Source: an uncultured Thermococci archaeon (lineage in GTDB: Archaea > Methanobacteriota_B > Thermococci > Thermococcales > Thermococcaceae). From it: a stretch of 40,164 bases of DNA. Shown here piece after piece: positions 1-10,890 of the stretch (position 1 is the stretch's first letter; each line of letters opens with the position of its first letter). The stretch is taken from positions 1-40,164 of the forward strand of contig CAZAPD010000055.1 in assembly GCA_964487115.1 (NCBI GenBank). The letters are read 5' to 3'. The translations under genes and the position numbers were made by a program. The notes beneath the pieces were generated by a model. It was not told where the DNA came from and ran no database searches. It worked only from the letters and a program-made list of their open reading frames with translations.

Positions 1-57
1 AAAATCCAGAATCCAAATAACAAGCAAAATTGCTCCAAACAGTTCTCTCTTGTCCAT
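1..57 (-). CDS. 5' end of a probable membrane protein running off the left edge (MDKRELFGAILLVIWILDF...)
   Basis: ATG at 57 on the minus strand, open to the window edge, hydrophobic N-terminus; divergent from the M42 peptidase with AT-rich TATA-like motifs between. Confidence 0.4.
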   Translation of the reverse strand, partial: MDKRELFGAILLVIWILDF

Positions 58-152
58 ATTTTAACCTTTGAGCTTAAATTATAAAGCTTTATTGACGCTG
101 ATGACCTAAAACCTTAAATATCCCAGCTGAGAGCATTAAGATGGACATCTAA

Positions 153-1214
<1,062 letters not shown>

Positions 1215-1266
1215 TTTTTTCATCCATTATTCATTTCAGTCTAAAAATTTTAAATAGACCATTAAC

Positions 1267-1644
1267 TTATCCTAAGAAAATCTTTTTTAATATCTTTTTA
1301 ACTTCCTCAATTTTTTGAGGCTTCAACCAACCGATTCTTTTTTTGATCACTTGTTTTTCAATAGTAAAGATAATATAGGGTTTTATTAGACTGGGATACA
1401 TTGGAAGAGTTCCTGCATACCTGTTAACGTCAGAATCAAAAAGGAGAACGTTATATTCTTCAAAACCACTGGATAAATTAGAAGTTATTTGAAGGGTTAC
1501 AACGCTGTTGCTAATTAAGTTGAGGGTATCAGTGGAAACTATCAAGACTGGTCGTAACTTCTTCTGACGGAGATCTGTGAACGGAAACTCGACGAGAACT
1601 ATTTCCCACTGCTTGGGGGCTCCTTCAGGTTTTATCTGGCTCAT
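1267..1644 (-). CDS. mazF: PemK/MazF family endoribonuclease toxin
   Basis: EIVLVEFPFTD...KLRPVLIVS...ITS signature; 125 aa; overlaps the upstream antitoxin. Confidence 0.9.
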   Translation of the reverse strand: MSQIKPEGAPKQWEIVLVEFPFTDLRQKKLRPVLIVSTDTLNLISNSVVTLQITSNLSSGFEEYNVLLFDSDVNRYAGTLPMYPSLIKPYIIFTIEKQVIKKRIGWLKPQKIEEVKKILKKIFLG

Positions 1645-1909
1645 AATCTATTCCTCCGTACTCATCCCAATGTGCATCAGCCTCACTATCCCAGTCTTCT
1701 GCAAGAATTGGCTCAATGGCCCTCATAATATTCTTAACATAATCTCCTTCCGCACTGACTTGAATGTACTTCTTTTTCAGTAGAAATTCTCTGAGAGCAT
1801 CTTTGATAATCTCGCTTTTGTTGGAGTAAATTCCAGCCTCAATTAGCTTTTCCATTTCCTTTGCGAGAGCGGGCGGTATTCTTGCAGATACTTTAACTGT
1901 CGTCACCAT
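1625..1909 (-). CDS. Ribbon-helix-helix (CopG/Arc/MetJ) antitoxin
   Basis: VKVSARIP...LIEAGIYSNKSEIIKDALR RHH pattern; acidic tail EDWDSEADAHWDEY; GGTGA RBS before the ATG at 1909. Confidence 0.85.
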   Translation of the reverse strand: MVTTVKVSARIPPALAKEMEKLIEAGIYSNKSEIIKDALREFLLKKKYIQVSAEGDYVKNIMRAIEPILAEDWDSEADAHWDEYGGIDYEPDKT

Positions 1910-1928
1910 TTGTTTCACCAATTATCTC

Positions 1929-1943
1929 ATTTGTCGGACAAAT
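1929..1943. promoter_or_regulatory. Palindromic operator candidate for TA autoregulation
   Basis: Perfect inverted repeat atttgtc-g-gacaaat between a minus-strand TATA-like element (1943-1949) and the antitoxin start. Confidence 0.55.
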
Positions 1944-2198
1944 TAAAAGCTTTTCTGTTAAAACAGCTTACCTCCTGTAGGAAGTATGCACTCTGACGCT
2001 TGTATTCTATTTTCTTTGCACGGTCAAAAATTCTTGATTGTTTTTGTCTAACTTTTTATAGATTTACCAACAGTTTGGTATACTGACAAAGGACTATCAG
2101 AAAAGGAAATAAAGAAATGTTTAACAAAGTAATTCAGTTACGTCCACTTAAATGTCATGTTGTTTTAATCAGAATTTGAATTATGAAGAGGTGATCTC

Positions 2199-5100
2199 AT
2201 GAATAAAAAAGTGCTAAGCCTATGGGTTGTAGCCATGTTTTTGATGAGCTTAGGAGCGGTGCCAGCGTTTCAGGGAAGGTATGTGAAGGCAGAAAATGGG
2301 CAGATATTGGCAATGAATATCGACTCAAGCAGATTCCCAGATACTGTACTAGTTCATGTGTCTGTGGATGTGCCTTACACTCTTACAAAGACAGCATTTG
2401 AAATATATGAGGATGGGAAAAAGCAGCGGATAACTAATTTCGAGTACACTGGTGGGGGAAGCTTTGTAGCACCTGTGGATTTGGTGTTCATAATTGACAG
2501 AAGTGGAAGCATGGGGGATGACATCACCGATATTAAGAATAATGCATATGAGCTTGCAGAAGACCTCAAAAGCTCAGGGGTGGATGCAAGATTTGCATTA
2601 ATTACCTTTGGTCTAAATCCAGATGATGCAAGGATTGATCTTCCTTTCACCGAGGATATTTCAAAGCTAAAACAAGCGCTGGACTCAATAGTTATCAATG
2701 GCGGAATTGAGTGGAGCTTTGATGGTATCATGGAGGCTTTTAAGCTTAACTTTAGACCAACTGCTCAGAAAGTTTTCATTGTTGTAACAGATGAAGATGA
2801 TCAATCTCAATCAAAATATTCTGTGGAGGAAGTTGCCAACAAAGTGAAATCTGAGGGAGTTTTCTTGGTACTCGTCTACAATCACAATGATGGTCGTAGA
2901 CTATCTGAGCTTTCTCAAGCTGTTGGAGCCTTGGATATGGACATTCTTGAGGCTCGCCAGAAAGGATTTGGCGAGGTGTTGCAAAGGATAACTACAACAA
3001 TCGGCCAGCAATATCACATAGGGTATTCACCCACTAATAAGAAAATGGACGGCAGTGAGAGAGAAGTTAAAGTGGTTATACACCTGCCAGATGGAAACAC
3101 TCTTGAAGCTACTTCAAACTATGTTGCACCAGTGGAGAAGAGGGAGAATTATGAGTTAACTCCTGATGAGCAGGAGATTTACGAGATTTTAACCAAGATT
3201 AATGAGTGGTTCAAAGATTCAGAGGGGATGTTATCCACCCTGGACTTAAGCTGTGTGAATCTAAAAGAAGCTGCAGGATTTGGAGGTGGTGCAGGATTTG
3301 GAGGTGGGGGTGCAGGAGCTAGAGGAGGATATTCTTTTGTACCTCCCGATCCAGAGACTGAAAGTTGTCTTTTTGAGAAATTCGTAAAAGCCAATGAAGA
3401 CCTTCCACAATTAGAGGTTTCCAAACAAGAAATGAACAAACTAAGGAGATATCTGCTCTCAAGTGGGGGAGCGTTTTCAGTAGGATCATTCAAAATAGAG
3501 CCTGCTAAAGTGGGGTTCGTGTATGGATACAAAGTCTCAGATGACGAGGGTAACTACTTCTACATTGGTCTAAACACCACTACTATAACAAGGGAAATAA
3601 AGGTAGTTCCACCGGACCTTCCCATACCCTATCATGAGACTGAAACCATAAGTTTTGACAAATTTGAAATGGATATCTGGAAACCAGCTTCAATGGAAGA
3701 AGGATATGCAGTTCCAAAGATACTCTTTATTCAAGATGCTGTACAATCCTTAAGTGGGGTAGGAAGACCAGTAGTATTTGACAACTTAGTCACGAGAACA
3801 GATTTTGTGCTCTCCCAAAGATTCGGGATGAAGACATTTACACTTCAACCAGTTTCATTTGAGGATTCGTTTGTATATCTTTCTTTTACTGGCGATGGTT
3901 CGATCAAGCTGAAAGTCGTGGGGAGTGGCATTGATGCAAAGGCTGGGATACAGTACAAGGTAAAACTATATCCTATAAATGGGCATTATAAAAATGAACT
4001 ACTGTCCTACTGGAATGTGGAATTTACAGGTAGCATGAAGTATACCCTTGGGGTCCCCGATCCATTCTATGCTGGGCAGATTATGGAAGTTCACGAAAGC
4101 GCAGGAATAGAGTGGGATCCAAATGTTTATGCAAAAAATCCATCAAACTCTCTACCGTTAACGTTAATCCCGTATACGACCATTGGCAATGCGAAGATAC
4201 TTGGATCCTGGTTGTTAGTGTCGGGAGATTGGATTGGGATTCCAAAAGATTGGACTAATGCAGGATTAACGTTCGTGTATTCATTACTTTCACCAGAAGA
4301 AAGAAGTAGCACATATTTAGTCAAAAAAAGAATATACAGTTTTGGCTTTAAAGCTGGAGTAACCACCCCTGTTAGCATAGGTGCAAAAGTTGAAACTTCC
4401 AGAAAGGTTATTTCAAAGAATAACTTTTACCCTGTGATGGACAGCGATTACAGATATAAATACATTGACTACTCAAGTGTAAATCCCTCCGTTAATGCCA
4501 AAATTAGCGTCGGAATTCCTGGGCTTTCAATGAGTGTTCCCGGGATTCTTGAAGCCGGACTTTATGCAGAGTTGGGAGGTTCTATAGGGGCAAACGTCCC
4601 AATCAAAGGATACAAGATTGTGGACCCTGTAAATGTTAGTAATATTCTAAACATAAGCTGCAATCTGATAGGGGATAGGGCAGCGGATATGGACGGAAAT
4701 AACCTATTTGACTTTCTCGCTCTCTCGTTCAACATCACCACAAACACCTCAGGAAAGTATCACCTAATTCCGACTCTCCTCGTTAATGACTCTCTAGCAA
4801 CGACTCAAGGCTTTGATGTTACTTTATCAAAGGGCAACAACCTCGTTACTCTTAACCTCTCAGGTCAATACATCTACTACACCAATCACAGTGGTCCCTT
4901 TGATGTTGGCCTCATAATCCAGGACGAGAACGGAAACCTCGTCTACTATAACTTCACCCTTGGAAAAACAAAGAGTTATGATTATGCCCAATTTGAATAT
5001 GTCAGTCCTCAATTTGACTTCAAATACTCGCCTATTGACCTGGACAATGATGGGAAGTACGACGAAATCCAAGTTAATATCACAGAAATCAACAACCTAA

Positions 5101-6299
5101 CAGGAATAACACTTTCACCGATGCTCACAGCACCTGGCTGGATAGTTTATATGAACTCCACTAACCTCACGTCAACCAGCACCTACACCACCTATATTGA
5201 CGGTATGCATATAAAGAAGTTGATGGGCAACTTCACGTTTATGGTGCATGTTGCAAACATGACAAGTGGTGTTTACCTTGGTTCTTACCAGTGGAACATT
5301 AATGTTGACCCATCAGAATTTGAGTCAACTTACCCAACCATAGAAGATGCAATTCCAATGACCGTAAACTATGAGCCAGCAGTAACCTTTACAGTTAACG
5401 TTCCATTTGAGTCAAATATATCAATAACAACCCAATATAAAGTTGGAAACACTGTCTATGAGGCATATGGTTACTTTGAGAATGTTACTCCAGGAATTCA
5501 CAACCTCACCGCCTTCTTGGATAAATCAGCTTTTGTCACGCATAACACCGGAAATGCTACAATCCTTTCTGCAACTTTAGTGTCCAATGGATTAACAACA
5601 GATTCAGTTATAATAAATAAAGAAGCTTCATTCTTCCTACTACCAAGAGCAAAAATATGGAATATCACCCAGACCATTAATACTACAACTAAGATTATAA
5701 ATGCAACTGTAGAAGTGGTGAGTTATGAAGATGTCAATGCAACAATTGCTGTAGTGTTATCCTCGGGAAATGTTACACTAACAGAGTTTATGTATCCAGA
5801 AATGAATAGGAGTGTTATCTTGGAGGTACCAGTTGTGTTTAATCTCTCTAATGTTGTTTCAAACCTCAGTAAACAAGGAACACTCACTATTGCAGTTTAT
5901 GATGAAGAAGGTGAACTTTTAGCAATAGAGAAAGTGCCGGTCGACTTCTCAATATTGTTCCCAACTCCCACAGAATTAACCCAAAAGAAATCCTACACAA
6001 ACATTATACTCCTCTCCCAGATCTGGACATGGATCTTCTTTAGCTATCATGATGAGTTCAACAAGTTATATGCTAATGCTACAGCACTTGGAGCTGACAA
6101 TGAAACGCTACAAAAAGCTCTCGAACTTCACAACAATGCCATGGAACTCATAAAGAAAGCATGGAGAACGGACAGCTTAGATGAGATACGAGCAAAGCTG
6201 TGGGGTGGCATCAAGATAATTCCAAGAGCGGGGTATGTTAGGAGGGCATATCTGTTAGAGAAAAAGGCAGTAATGCTCCTGAAAGGAGTCTATGAGTAA
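2199..6299 (+). CDS. Large secreted/cell-surface VWA-domain glycoprotein
   Basis: Signal peptide; VWA MIDAS DLVFIIDRSGSM and VVTDE; DxDxxG/N Ca-binding-like loops (DMDGNNLFD, DLDNDGKYD); many NxS/T sequons; C-terminal helical domain resembling that of pyrolysin-type Thermococcales surface proteins; GAGGTGA RBS. Confidence 0.85.
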   Translation: MNKKVLSLWVVAMFLMSLGAVPAFQGRYVKAENGQILAMNIDSSRFPDTVLVHVSVDVPYTLTKTAFEIYEDGKKQRITNFEYTGGGSFVAPVDLVFIIDRSGSMGDDITDIKNNAYELAEDLKSSGVDARFALITFGLNPDDARIDLPFTEDISKLKQALDSIVINGGIEWSFDGIMEAFKLNFRPTAQKVFIVVTDEDDQSQSKYSVEEVANKVKSEGVFLVLVYNHNDGRRLSELSQAVGALDMDILEARQKGFGEVLQRITTTIGQQYHIGYSPTNKKMDGSEREVKVVIHLPDGNTLEATSNYVAPVEKRENYELTPDEQEIYEILTKINEWFKDSEGMLSTLDLSCVNLKEAAGFGGGAGFGGGGAGARGGYSFVPPDPETESCLFEKFVKANEDLPQLEVSKQEMNKLRRYLLSSGGAFSVGSFKIEPAKVGFVYGYKVSDDEGNYFYIGLNTTTITREIKVVPPDLPIPYHETETISFDKFEMDIWKPASMEEGYAVPKILFIQDAVQSLSGVGRPVVFDNLVTRTDFVLSQRFGMKTFTLQPVSFEDSFVYLSFTGDGSIKLKVVGSGIDAKAGIQYKVKLYPINGHYKNELLSYWNVEFTGSMKYTLGVPDPFYAGQIMEVHESAGIEWDPNVYAKNPSNSLPLTLIPYTTIGNAKILGSWLLVSGDWIGIPKDWTNAGLTFVYSLLSPEERSSTYLVKKRIYSFGFKAGVTTPVSIGAKVETSRKVISKNNFYPVMDSDYRYKYIDYSSVNPSVNAKISVGIPGLSMSVPGILEAGLYAELGGSIGANVPIKGYKIVDPVNVSNILNISCNLIGDRAADMDGNNLFDFLALSFNITTNTSGKYHLIPTLLVNDSLATTQGFDVTLSKGNNLVTLNLSGQYIYYTNHSGPFDVGLIIQDENGNLVYYNFTLGKTKSYDYAQFEYVSPQFDFKYSPIDLDNDGKYDEIQVNITEINNLTGITLSPMLTAPGWIVYMNSTNLTSTSTYTTYIDGMHIKKLMGNFTFMVHVANMTSGVYLGSYQWNINVDPSEFESTYPTIEDAIPMTVNYEPAVTFTVNVPFESNISITTQYKVGNTVYEAYGYFENVTPGIHNLTAFLDKSAFVTHNTGNATILSATLVSNGLTTDSVIINKEASFFLLPRAKIWNITQTINTTTKIINATVEVVSYEDVNATIAVVLSSGNVTLTEFMYPEMNRSVILEVPVVFNLSNVVSNLSKQGTLTIAVYDEEGELLAIEKVPVDFSILFPTPTELTQKKSYTNIILLSQIWTWIFFSYHDEFNKLYANATALGADNETLQKALELHNNAMELIKKAWRTDSLDEIRAKLWGGIKIIPRAGYVRRAYLLEKKAVMLLKGVYE
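3272..3307 (+). repeat. 18-bp exact tandem repeat encoding (AGFGGG)x2 within a Gly-rich linker
   Basis: tgcaggatttggaggtgg occurs twice consecutively. Confidence 0.9.
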
Positions 6300-6426
6300 G
6301 AGGTCTTAAGTCTTCTTATTTTTATTTTTAATCTTTCCTGCACTTAGTTCTTCAAAAAACTTTCAGCCAGAATCTTGATTAATAAGTGAATTTCAAAAAT
6401 AATGCACTATTTTAATGGAAGTTAAA

Positions 6427-6473
6427 AGCTTATGGTAAAAGTTCTCGAGCACATCCACGAGCTTGACATCTAA
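6427..6473 (+). repeat. Right copy of the direct repeat (orphan 3' end of the M42 gene, [14 protein letters not shown])
   Basis: agcttatggtaaaagttctcgagcacatccacgagcttgacatctaa followed by a T-rich tract. Confidence 0.9.
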
Positions 6474-6583
6474 GCTGCATTTTTTTACTTTTTGAATCAT
6501 AATTCATGTGATTTTCAATAAATATTTCTTTCGGGCTTTAACTAAGAAAACCTTTTTATATAATCGTGTTTTCATAGTTTTAT

Positions 6584-7327
6584 GTGGTATTAATGAGAAC
6601 TAAAAATCAGGTTATAGAATTTCCGTATGGATGGGAAGCTCTAAAAATTGTAACATCAAAACCAGAGTTAATATTACATACTTTCCCTTATTCTAAGGAT
6701 ATAATCAGGGAGGGAGATGCATTAAAGGTTAGGTTTGTTGTGAAAAAGTTTTTCATAAATTTTAATTTTTGGTTTGATCTTGAAGTGGAATTTAAGAAGC
6801 CTGAGGTTACCTATGTATTTAGGGGCGACAGAGGTGTTTTGGTTATCACTTACACCCTGAATGGAGATAGATTAAATATTGAAACCTCTTGGAGCGGTTT
6901 TGGAGAAAGACTGATGGATAAGAATCTGGAACTTTTTGTTAAGGGAATAGCAGAATCTATGAAAGAGATTACAGAAAGTTACATGAAAATGAAAAGAATA
7001 ATCCATGAGAAAACTCCAGATGGCATCATCATAAAGGAATTTGACTATTCCAAAATGCCATGTCTGATTAAATTTTTCTATTCTACCGTTCCGACTCGGG
7101 ACTTCACAATAGTAGGCGAAGGGGAAAAGGGAAAATTTATAGTTAATGTGGATAATGGGGTTGTCACTTATGTAGAATGTTCAAATGAGGAAAAAAGCTG
7201 TATAGTTGACATTGGAAAGGAAGCTCTAAAGGTTGAAAGCGGGGATTTTGAAGCTTTAAGCTTGACTGAAAGTACATATCGAGTCCGTATCTTAGAAAAA
7301 TCTTCTCAGAAATTATCCTCACTTTGA
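6584..7327 (+). CDS. Hypothetical protein with an N-terminal START/SRPBCC-like (STK_08120/DUF3211-like) domain
   Basis: 247-aa ORF; N-terminal helix-grip-like pattern (WEALKIVTSKPELILHTFPY); start may be the ATG at 6593. Confidence 0.5.
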   Translation: MVLMRTKNQVIEFPYGWEALKIVTSKPELILHTFPYSKDIIREGDALKVRFVVKKFFINFNFWFDLEVEFKKPEVTYVFRGDRGVLVITYTLNGDRLNIETSWSGFGERLMDKNLELFVKGIAESMKEITESYMKMKRIIHEKTPDGIIIKEFDYSKMPCLIKFFYSTVPTRDFTIVGEGEKGKFIVNVDNGVVTYVECSNEEKSCIVDIGKEALKVESGDFEALSLTESTYRVRILEKSSQKLSSL

Positions 7328-7587
7328 TGCAGACTTTCCTTGGATATACCGGTATCTGCAGGTTTTATGTGGCTTTCCTCAACATTCTCAATATCCCTGA
7401 GTTTATACATAAAAAACAACGTTCCTATACCGACACCCAAGAAAACGAACGGCCATTTTGACGGTAGAGGTAATCCCCTGTGCCAATTGTGTAAGAGATA
7501 GTTTTGGTAGAGGAACATATAGCTGAACCACGCCAGCAACAATGCCCAGAATGCATGTTCAATGATTTTTTTATCTTTCTCTTCCAT
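7306..7587 (-). CDS. Small membrane protein (two TM segments)
   Basis: Two hydrophobic stretches; GGTGG RBS upstream of the ATG at 7587. Confidence 0.7.
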   Translation of the reverse strand: MEEKDKKIIEHAFWALLLAWFSYMFLYQNYLLHNWHRGLPLPSKWPFVFLGVGIGTLFFMYKLRDIENVEESHIKPADTGISKESLHQSEDNF

Positions 7588-7637
7588 TTTATCCACCTTG
7601 GGGAAAAGTTAAAAGTAAGGCATTAAAACTCTTTCCC

Positions 7638-9542
7638 ATGAGTGAGTATTTTCCCTACGAAAGGCTTCGCCCTCATCAGAAGGAGTTCATAAAACTCGTT
7701 GATGATGCCGTTAGGAAAGGCGAGAACATTGTGATTGAAGCTCCAACAGGCTTTGGAAAGACTATAAGCGTCTTGGCAGGGGTTCTGCCCCATGCAAAGA
7801 GCCTCGGTTATAAAGTTCTCTATCTGGCGAGAACTCACAAGCAGATGGATAGGGTTATCGAAGAGCTAAAGGCGATAAACAAGAAAGAATCCGTGAAGGG
7901 AGTTGGACTCAGGAGTAGAAAAGATCTCTGCCTTCATCAGTATATCCAGACCTTCTCGCCTGATGCATACAACGCCATGATAGTCTGCAAGAACCTGAAA
8001 AAGCTGAACAAGTGCCCTTATTATGAGAATGTCAGAAAAAAGAAGGAAGAATTCGAAGAGGTGGCGGATTATTTCCTTAACAATCCAAGTGAGCCTTTAG
8101 AACTTATACACCATGCAGAAATGCTTGAATTCTGTCCCTATGAGCTAACGAGGAGGGTTGCCTTTAAAGCTGATGTGATTGTTGCGAGCTATCTTTATAT
8201 GATAAGTCCGGCAATAAGGGAGAACTTCCTCAAATACTTCGATCTCGACTACTCGGATTTAATTGTTATATTCGATGAGGCTCATAACCTGCATGATCAG
8301 GCTATAAGCGCTCTAAGCGATAAACTTAGCATCCATAGTGTTTCGAGAGCAATAAGAGAAGCAGAGGATTACAATGAACATGAAATAGCAAACTTCCTGA
8401 GTATATTCATGAAAGGTCTTGAAAACCTCTATGAGGAAAAGCTCAGAGACAGGGCTGTGGAGGAGGTTCCGCTTGCTCCGGAGAGCATATTCTCCCATGC
8501 TGTTAGCGTTTTGAATCTGGATGGGAGATGGCTCGTTAAGTTCCTGAACGAGATGATTGAGGTTGGGGACTCGATTAGGGAGGATAAAATCGAAAAGAAC
8601 AAACCGCCACGAAGCTATGTAGGGAGAGTGGGAGAGTTTCTGCTTGAGTGGCTCAGTATGGTAGGGAGGGACGATTATCTCTTTCTCATGAGCCGTGAAA
8701 AGGGCTTTTCTCTTGAGCTCATAGCTCTTGATCCCTCGAAAGCCCTTGAATTTGTGAGAAATGTGCAATCAGCTGTATTTATGTCAGGGACTCTGGCTCC
8801 TCTGGAGGCCTTCCGGGATGTTATGGGGCTTGAGGCCGGACTGAAGAAGTTTCCAAGAATGGTTAAAAGGGAGAATGCAGTTGTGCTCGTGGCAAAGGAC
8901 GTTTCAACCAGGGGAGAGGAGCGTTCTCTGGATATGTACAGGAAGATAAACGAATACATCGTTGAGGCGGCAAAACTGATTCCAAAGAACGTTGGAGTAT
9001 TTACTGCATCCTACGAGGTTCTTCAGGGTCTTTTATCGGCAAATTTGGGTGTTATGATAGAGGAGGAGGTTGGAAAGAAGATTTATGTTGAAAAGAAAGG
9101 GGCGAGCTCGAAGGAAAACGACCTGCTCGTGAAAGCATTTAAAGAAGAATCTAAAGGAAAAGGGGCGATACTCCTCGGTGTAATGGGAGGCAGAAATAGT
9201 GAAGGGCAGGACTACAGCGGCGATGAGATGAACGGTGTGATTCTCGTTGGAATACCCTATGCGAGACCAACTCCAAGGATTCAAGCTCAGATAAGATACT
9301 TTGAGAAAAAATTCCCGGGTAAGGGTAGGTACTATGGCTATTATTTGCCTGCCCACAGAAAGCTTGCACAGGCTGCTGGGAGAGTTCATAGGGGAAGCGA
9401 GGAGCGTGGAGCTGTTGTTGGGCTTGACTACAGAATCCTCTGGAGATCCGTTAGAAAAGATCTGCCGGATTGGATGGTTGAAAGTATGAAATCAGTTGAC
9501 CTGATCAGGATGAGGCTTTATCTCAAACGATTTTGGAAGTAA
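7638..9542 (+). CDS. Rad3/XPD family Fe-S cluster DNA helicase
   Basis: Q-motif FPYERLRPHQ, Walker A APTGFGKT, four Fe-S cysteines, DEAH, SGTL, QAAGRVHR. Confidence 0.95.
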   Translation: MSEYFPYERLRPHQKEFIKLVDDAVRKGENIVIEAPTGFGKTISVLAGVLPHAKSLGYKVLYLARTHKQMDRVIEELKAINKKESVKGVGLRSRKDLCLHQYIQTFSPDAYNAMIVCKNLKKLNKCPYYENVRKKKEEFEEVADYFLNNPSEPLELIHHAEMLEFCPYELTRRVAFKADVIVASYLYMISPAIRENFLKYFDLDYSDLIVIFDEAHNLHDQAISALSDKLSIHSVSRAIREAEDYNEHEIANFLSIFMKGLENLYEEKLRDRAVEEVPLAPESIFSHAVSVLNLDGRWLVKFLNEMIEVGDSIREDKIEKNKPPRSYVGRVGEFLLEWLSMVGRDDYLFLMSREKGFSLELIALDPSKALEFVRNVQSAVFMSGTLAPLEAFRDVMGLEAGLKKFPRMVKRENAVVLVAKDVSTRGEERSLDMYRKINEYIVEAAKLIPKNVGVFTASYEVLQGLLSANLGVMIEEEVGKKIYVEKKGASSKENDLLVKAFKEESKGKGAILLGVMGGRNSEGQDYSGDEMNGVILVGIPYARPTPRIQAQIRYFEKKFPGKGRYYGYYLPAHRKLAQAAGRVHRGSEERGAVVGLDYRILWRSVRKDLPDWMVESMKSVDLIRMRLYLKRFWK

Positions 9543-9550
9543 TTCTATAA

Positions 9551-9620
9551 ATGTGTCCCGGAGGAGCGAAGGGGATTCACAGCCCGCCAGATGCTCTTCC
9601 CCCGCGGTTTCTCCGGGACA
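9551..9620 (-). ncRNA. Box H/ACA pseudouridylation guide RNA, Pf9-like, probable 16S rRNA target
   Basis: Minus strand: cccggag lower stem, pocket GAAACCGC / UUCGCUCC, upper stem gggg/cccc with GA-containing K-turn-like motif, then ctccggg-ACA-cat; pocket complementary to GGAGCG-U-GCGGUUU; aaagcttaagg promoter-like motif ~25 nt upstream. Confidence 0.85.
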
Positions 9621-9654
9621 TAAATGAATATCCTCCTTAATGCCTTAAGCTTTG

Positions 9655-10497
9655 CTATCTGGACACTATTGACCTAACACCTGCAGCAGTCAGAGTAAGC
9701 AGTTCAAAAATTTTATATGCTTCTTCAATGTCTCCTGCTTTAAATTCAACTGTTTTTCCGTCGATTCTTTTAATCTGGGGCAGAAGTTCGGCAGCATCTG
9801 CCATCTCACTCCCCAGAAAGCGGAGCCTAACATTTACAGGTTCGGAGGTTGTCAAAGGCTTTGTCACGTCCTCCTTATAACGCTTGATGGCTTTGGCAAC
9901 ACCTGTTTTAAGCTCTTCTTTAATCTTTCTCATGCTGGAACTTATGGCCGCATATCTGGAAAGGGCGTGTTTAAAGGGGACTCCCACAGCCCATGGAGTG
10001 AATCTTCTGACGTCTTCCTCTATGAGCTTGGCATCGCCTCCAACAAGCACCACAGGAATGCCATAGTGTCCAAGGACATAGCTGTTCAGAAGAAACTCGC
10101 TTACCCTAACACCATTTATCTCAAGATAATCAACCGAAGCTCCGCTGTAAGTGTGATCAAATGTCGCATAGCCTGTTCCGGCCTTTGCATGATATCCAAG
10201 AAACACGGCGATATCGCTACCCTTTGCAAAAGCAACCATGCTTAATGGTCTCGGGAAGCCCCTAACGACTTCGAGATATTCGGGCAGTTCATCAATCAAG
10301 AGGTTGACCATCGGTCCGTGGCTATCTGCGATTATAACCTCATCAAAACCTCTCTCATGGAGTGCTTCGGCGGTTGTTAGGGTTATCTCTGTCACTATCT
10401 TCCGTGCCTCATTATAAAGGGCACCTCTAACAAAAAGGTGCTCTCTGCTGACGATGAAGGGCATGCCCTCAAGGTCAATTGATATAAAAGCCTTCAT
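9655..10497 (-). CDS. dppA: M55 family D-aminopeptidase (DppA-like)
   Basis: MKAFISIDLEG, IADSHG, LGYHAKAG, FDHTY, GGD motifs. Confidence 0.92.
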   Translation of the reverse strand: MKAFISIDLEGMPFIVSREHLFVRGALYNEARKIVTEITLTTAEALHERGFDEVIIADSHGPMVNLLIDELPEYLEVVRGFPRPLSMVAFAKGSDIAVFLGYHAKAGTGYATFDHTYSGASVDYLEINGVRVSEFLLNSYVLGHYGIPVVLVGGDAKLIEEDVRRFTPWAVGVPFKHALSRYAAISSSMRKIKEELKTGVAKAIKRYKEDVTKPLTTSEPVNVRLRFLGSEMADAAELLPQIKRIDGKTVEFKAGDIEEAYKIFELLTLTAAGVRSIVSR

Positions 10498-10644
10498 ATG
10501 AACCACCATGATAAAAATCGAAACGATAAAAGAAAAGTTTTATGGTCGTATAACCTCCAGTAATACCAATGGTTCTCTTTAATAATCCCTGCTCATGAAA
10601 AAGGTTATATAATCCTTTATTTATAGAATAAAACGGTGACAGAT

Positions 10645-10890
10645 ATGCAAATTGTTGAACTTGACTTTAAGATACCTTATGAGGAAAGAGGGAAGATATT
10701 AAGGAAGATTGTCGATAGAGTCAGGGGTAAAATAAGGGACATACACTTCTTTCCTCCAACTTGCTCTGGTGTTAGCGAGATAAAAATTGAAGTCGAGGTT
10801 GAAGCCGGAAACATCAAGAGATTAGTTAGGGAACTTAAAAACATCATAAAGGAAGGTAGGATTTCGGTTAAAATTATAAGCGATGCTTAG
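10645..10890 (+). CDS. Small hypothetical protein, ACT/ferredoxin-like fold
   Basis: 81 aa with a beta-alpha-beta-beta-alpha-beta pattern; GGTGA RBS. Confidence 0.65.
   Translation: MQIVELDFKIPYEERGKILRKIVDRVRGKIRDIHFFPPTCSGVSEIKIEVEVEAGNIKRLVRELKNIIKEGRISVKIISDA

Noticed and set aside
7638..9542. Helicase as a CRISPR-associated DinG or defence helicase
   Set aside because: Canonical XPD/Rad3 size and motifs in a housekeeping context, with no intein and no defence neighbours.
9551..9620. Hairpin as a simple terminator or tRNA
   Set aside because: No cloverleaf; the pocket, K-turn-like motif and ACA tail fit an H/ACA RNA better.
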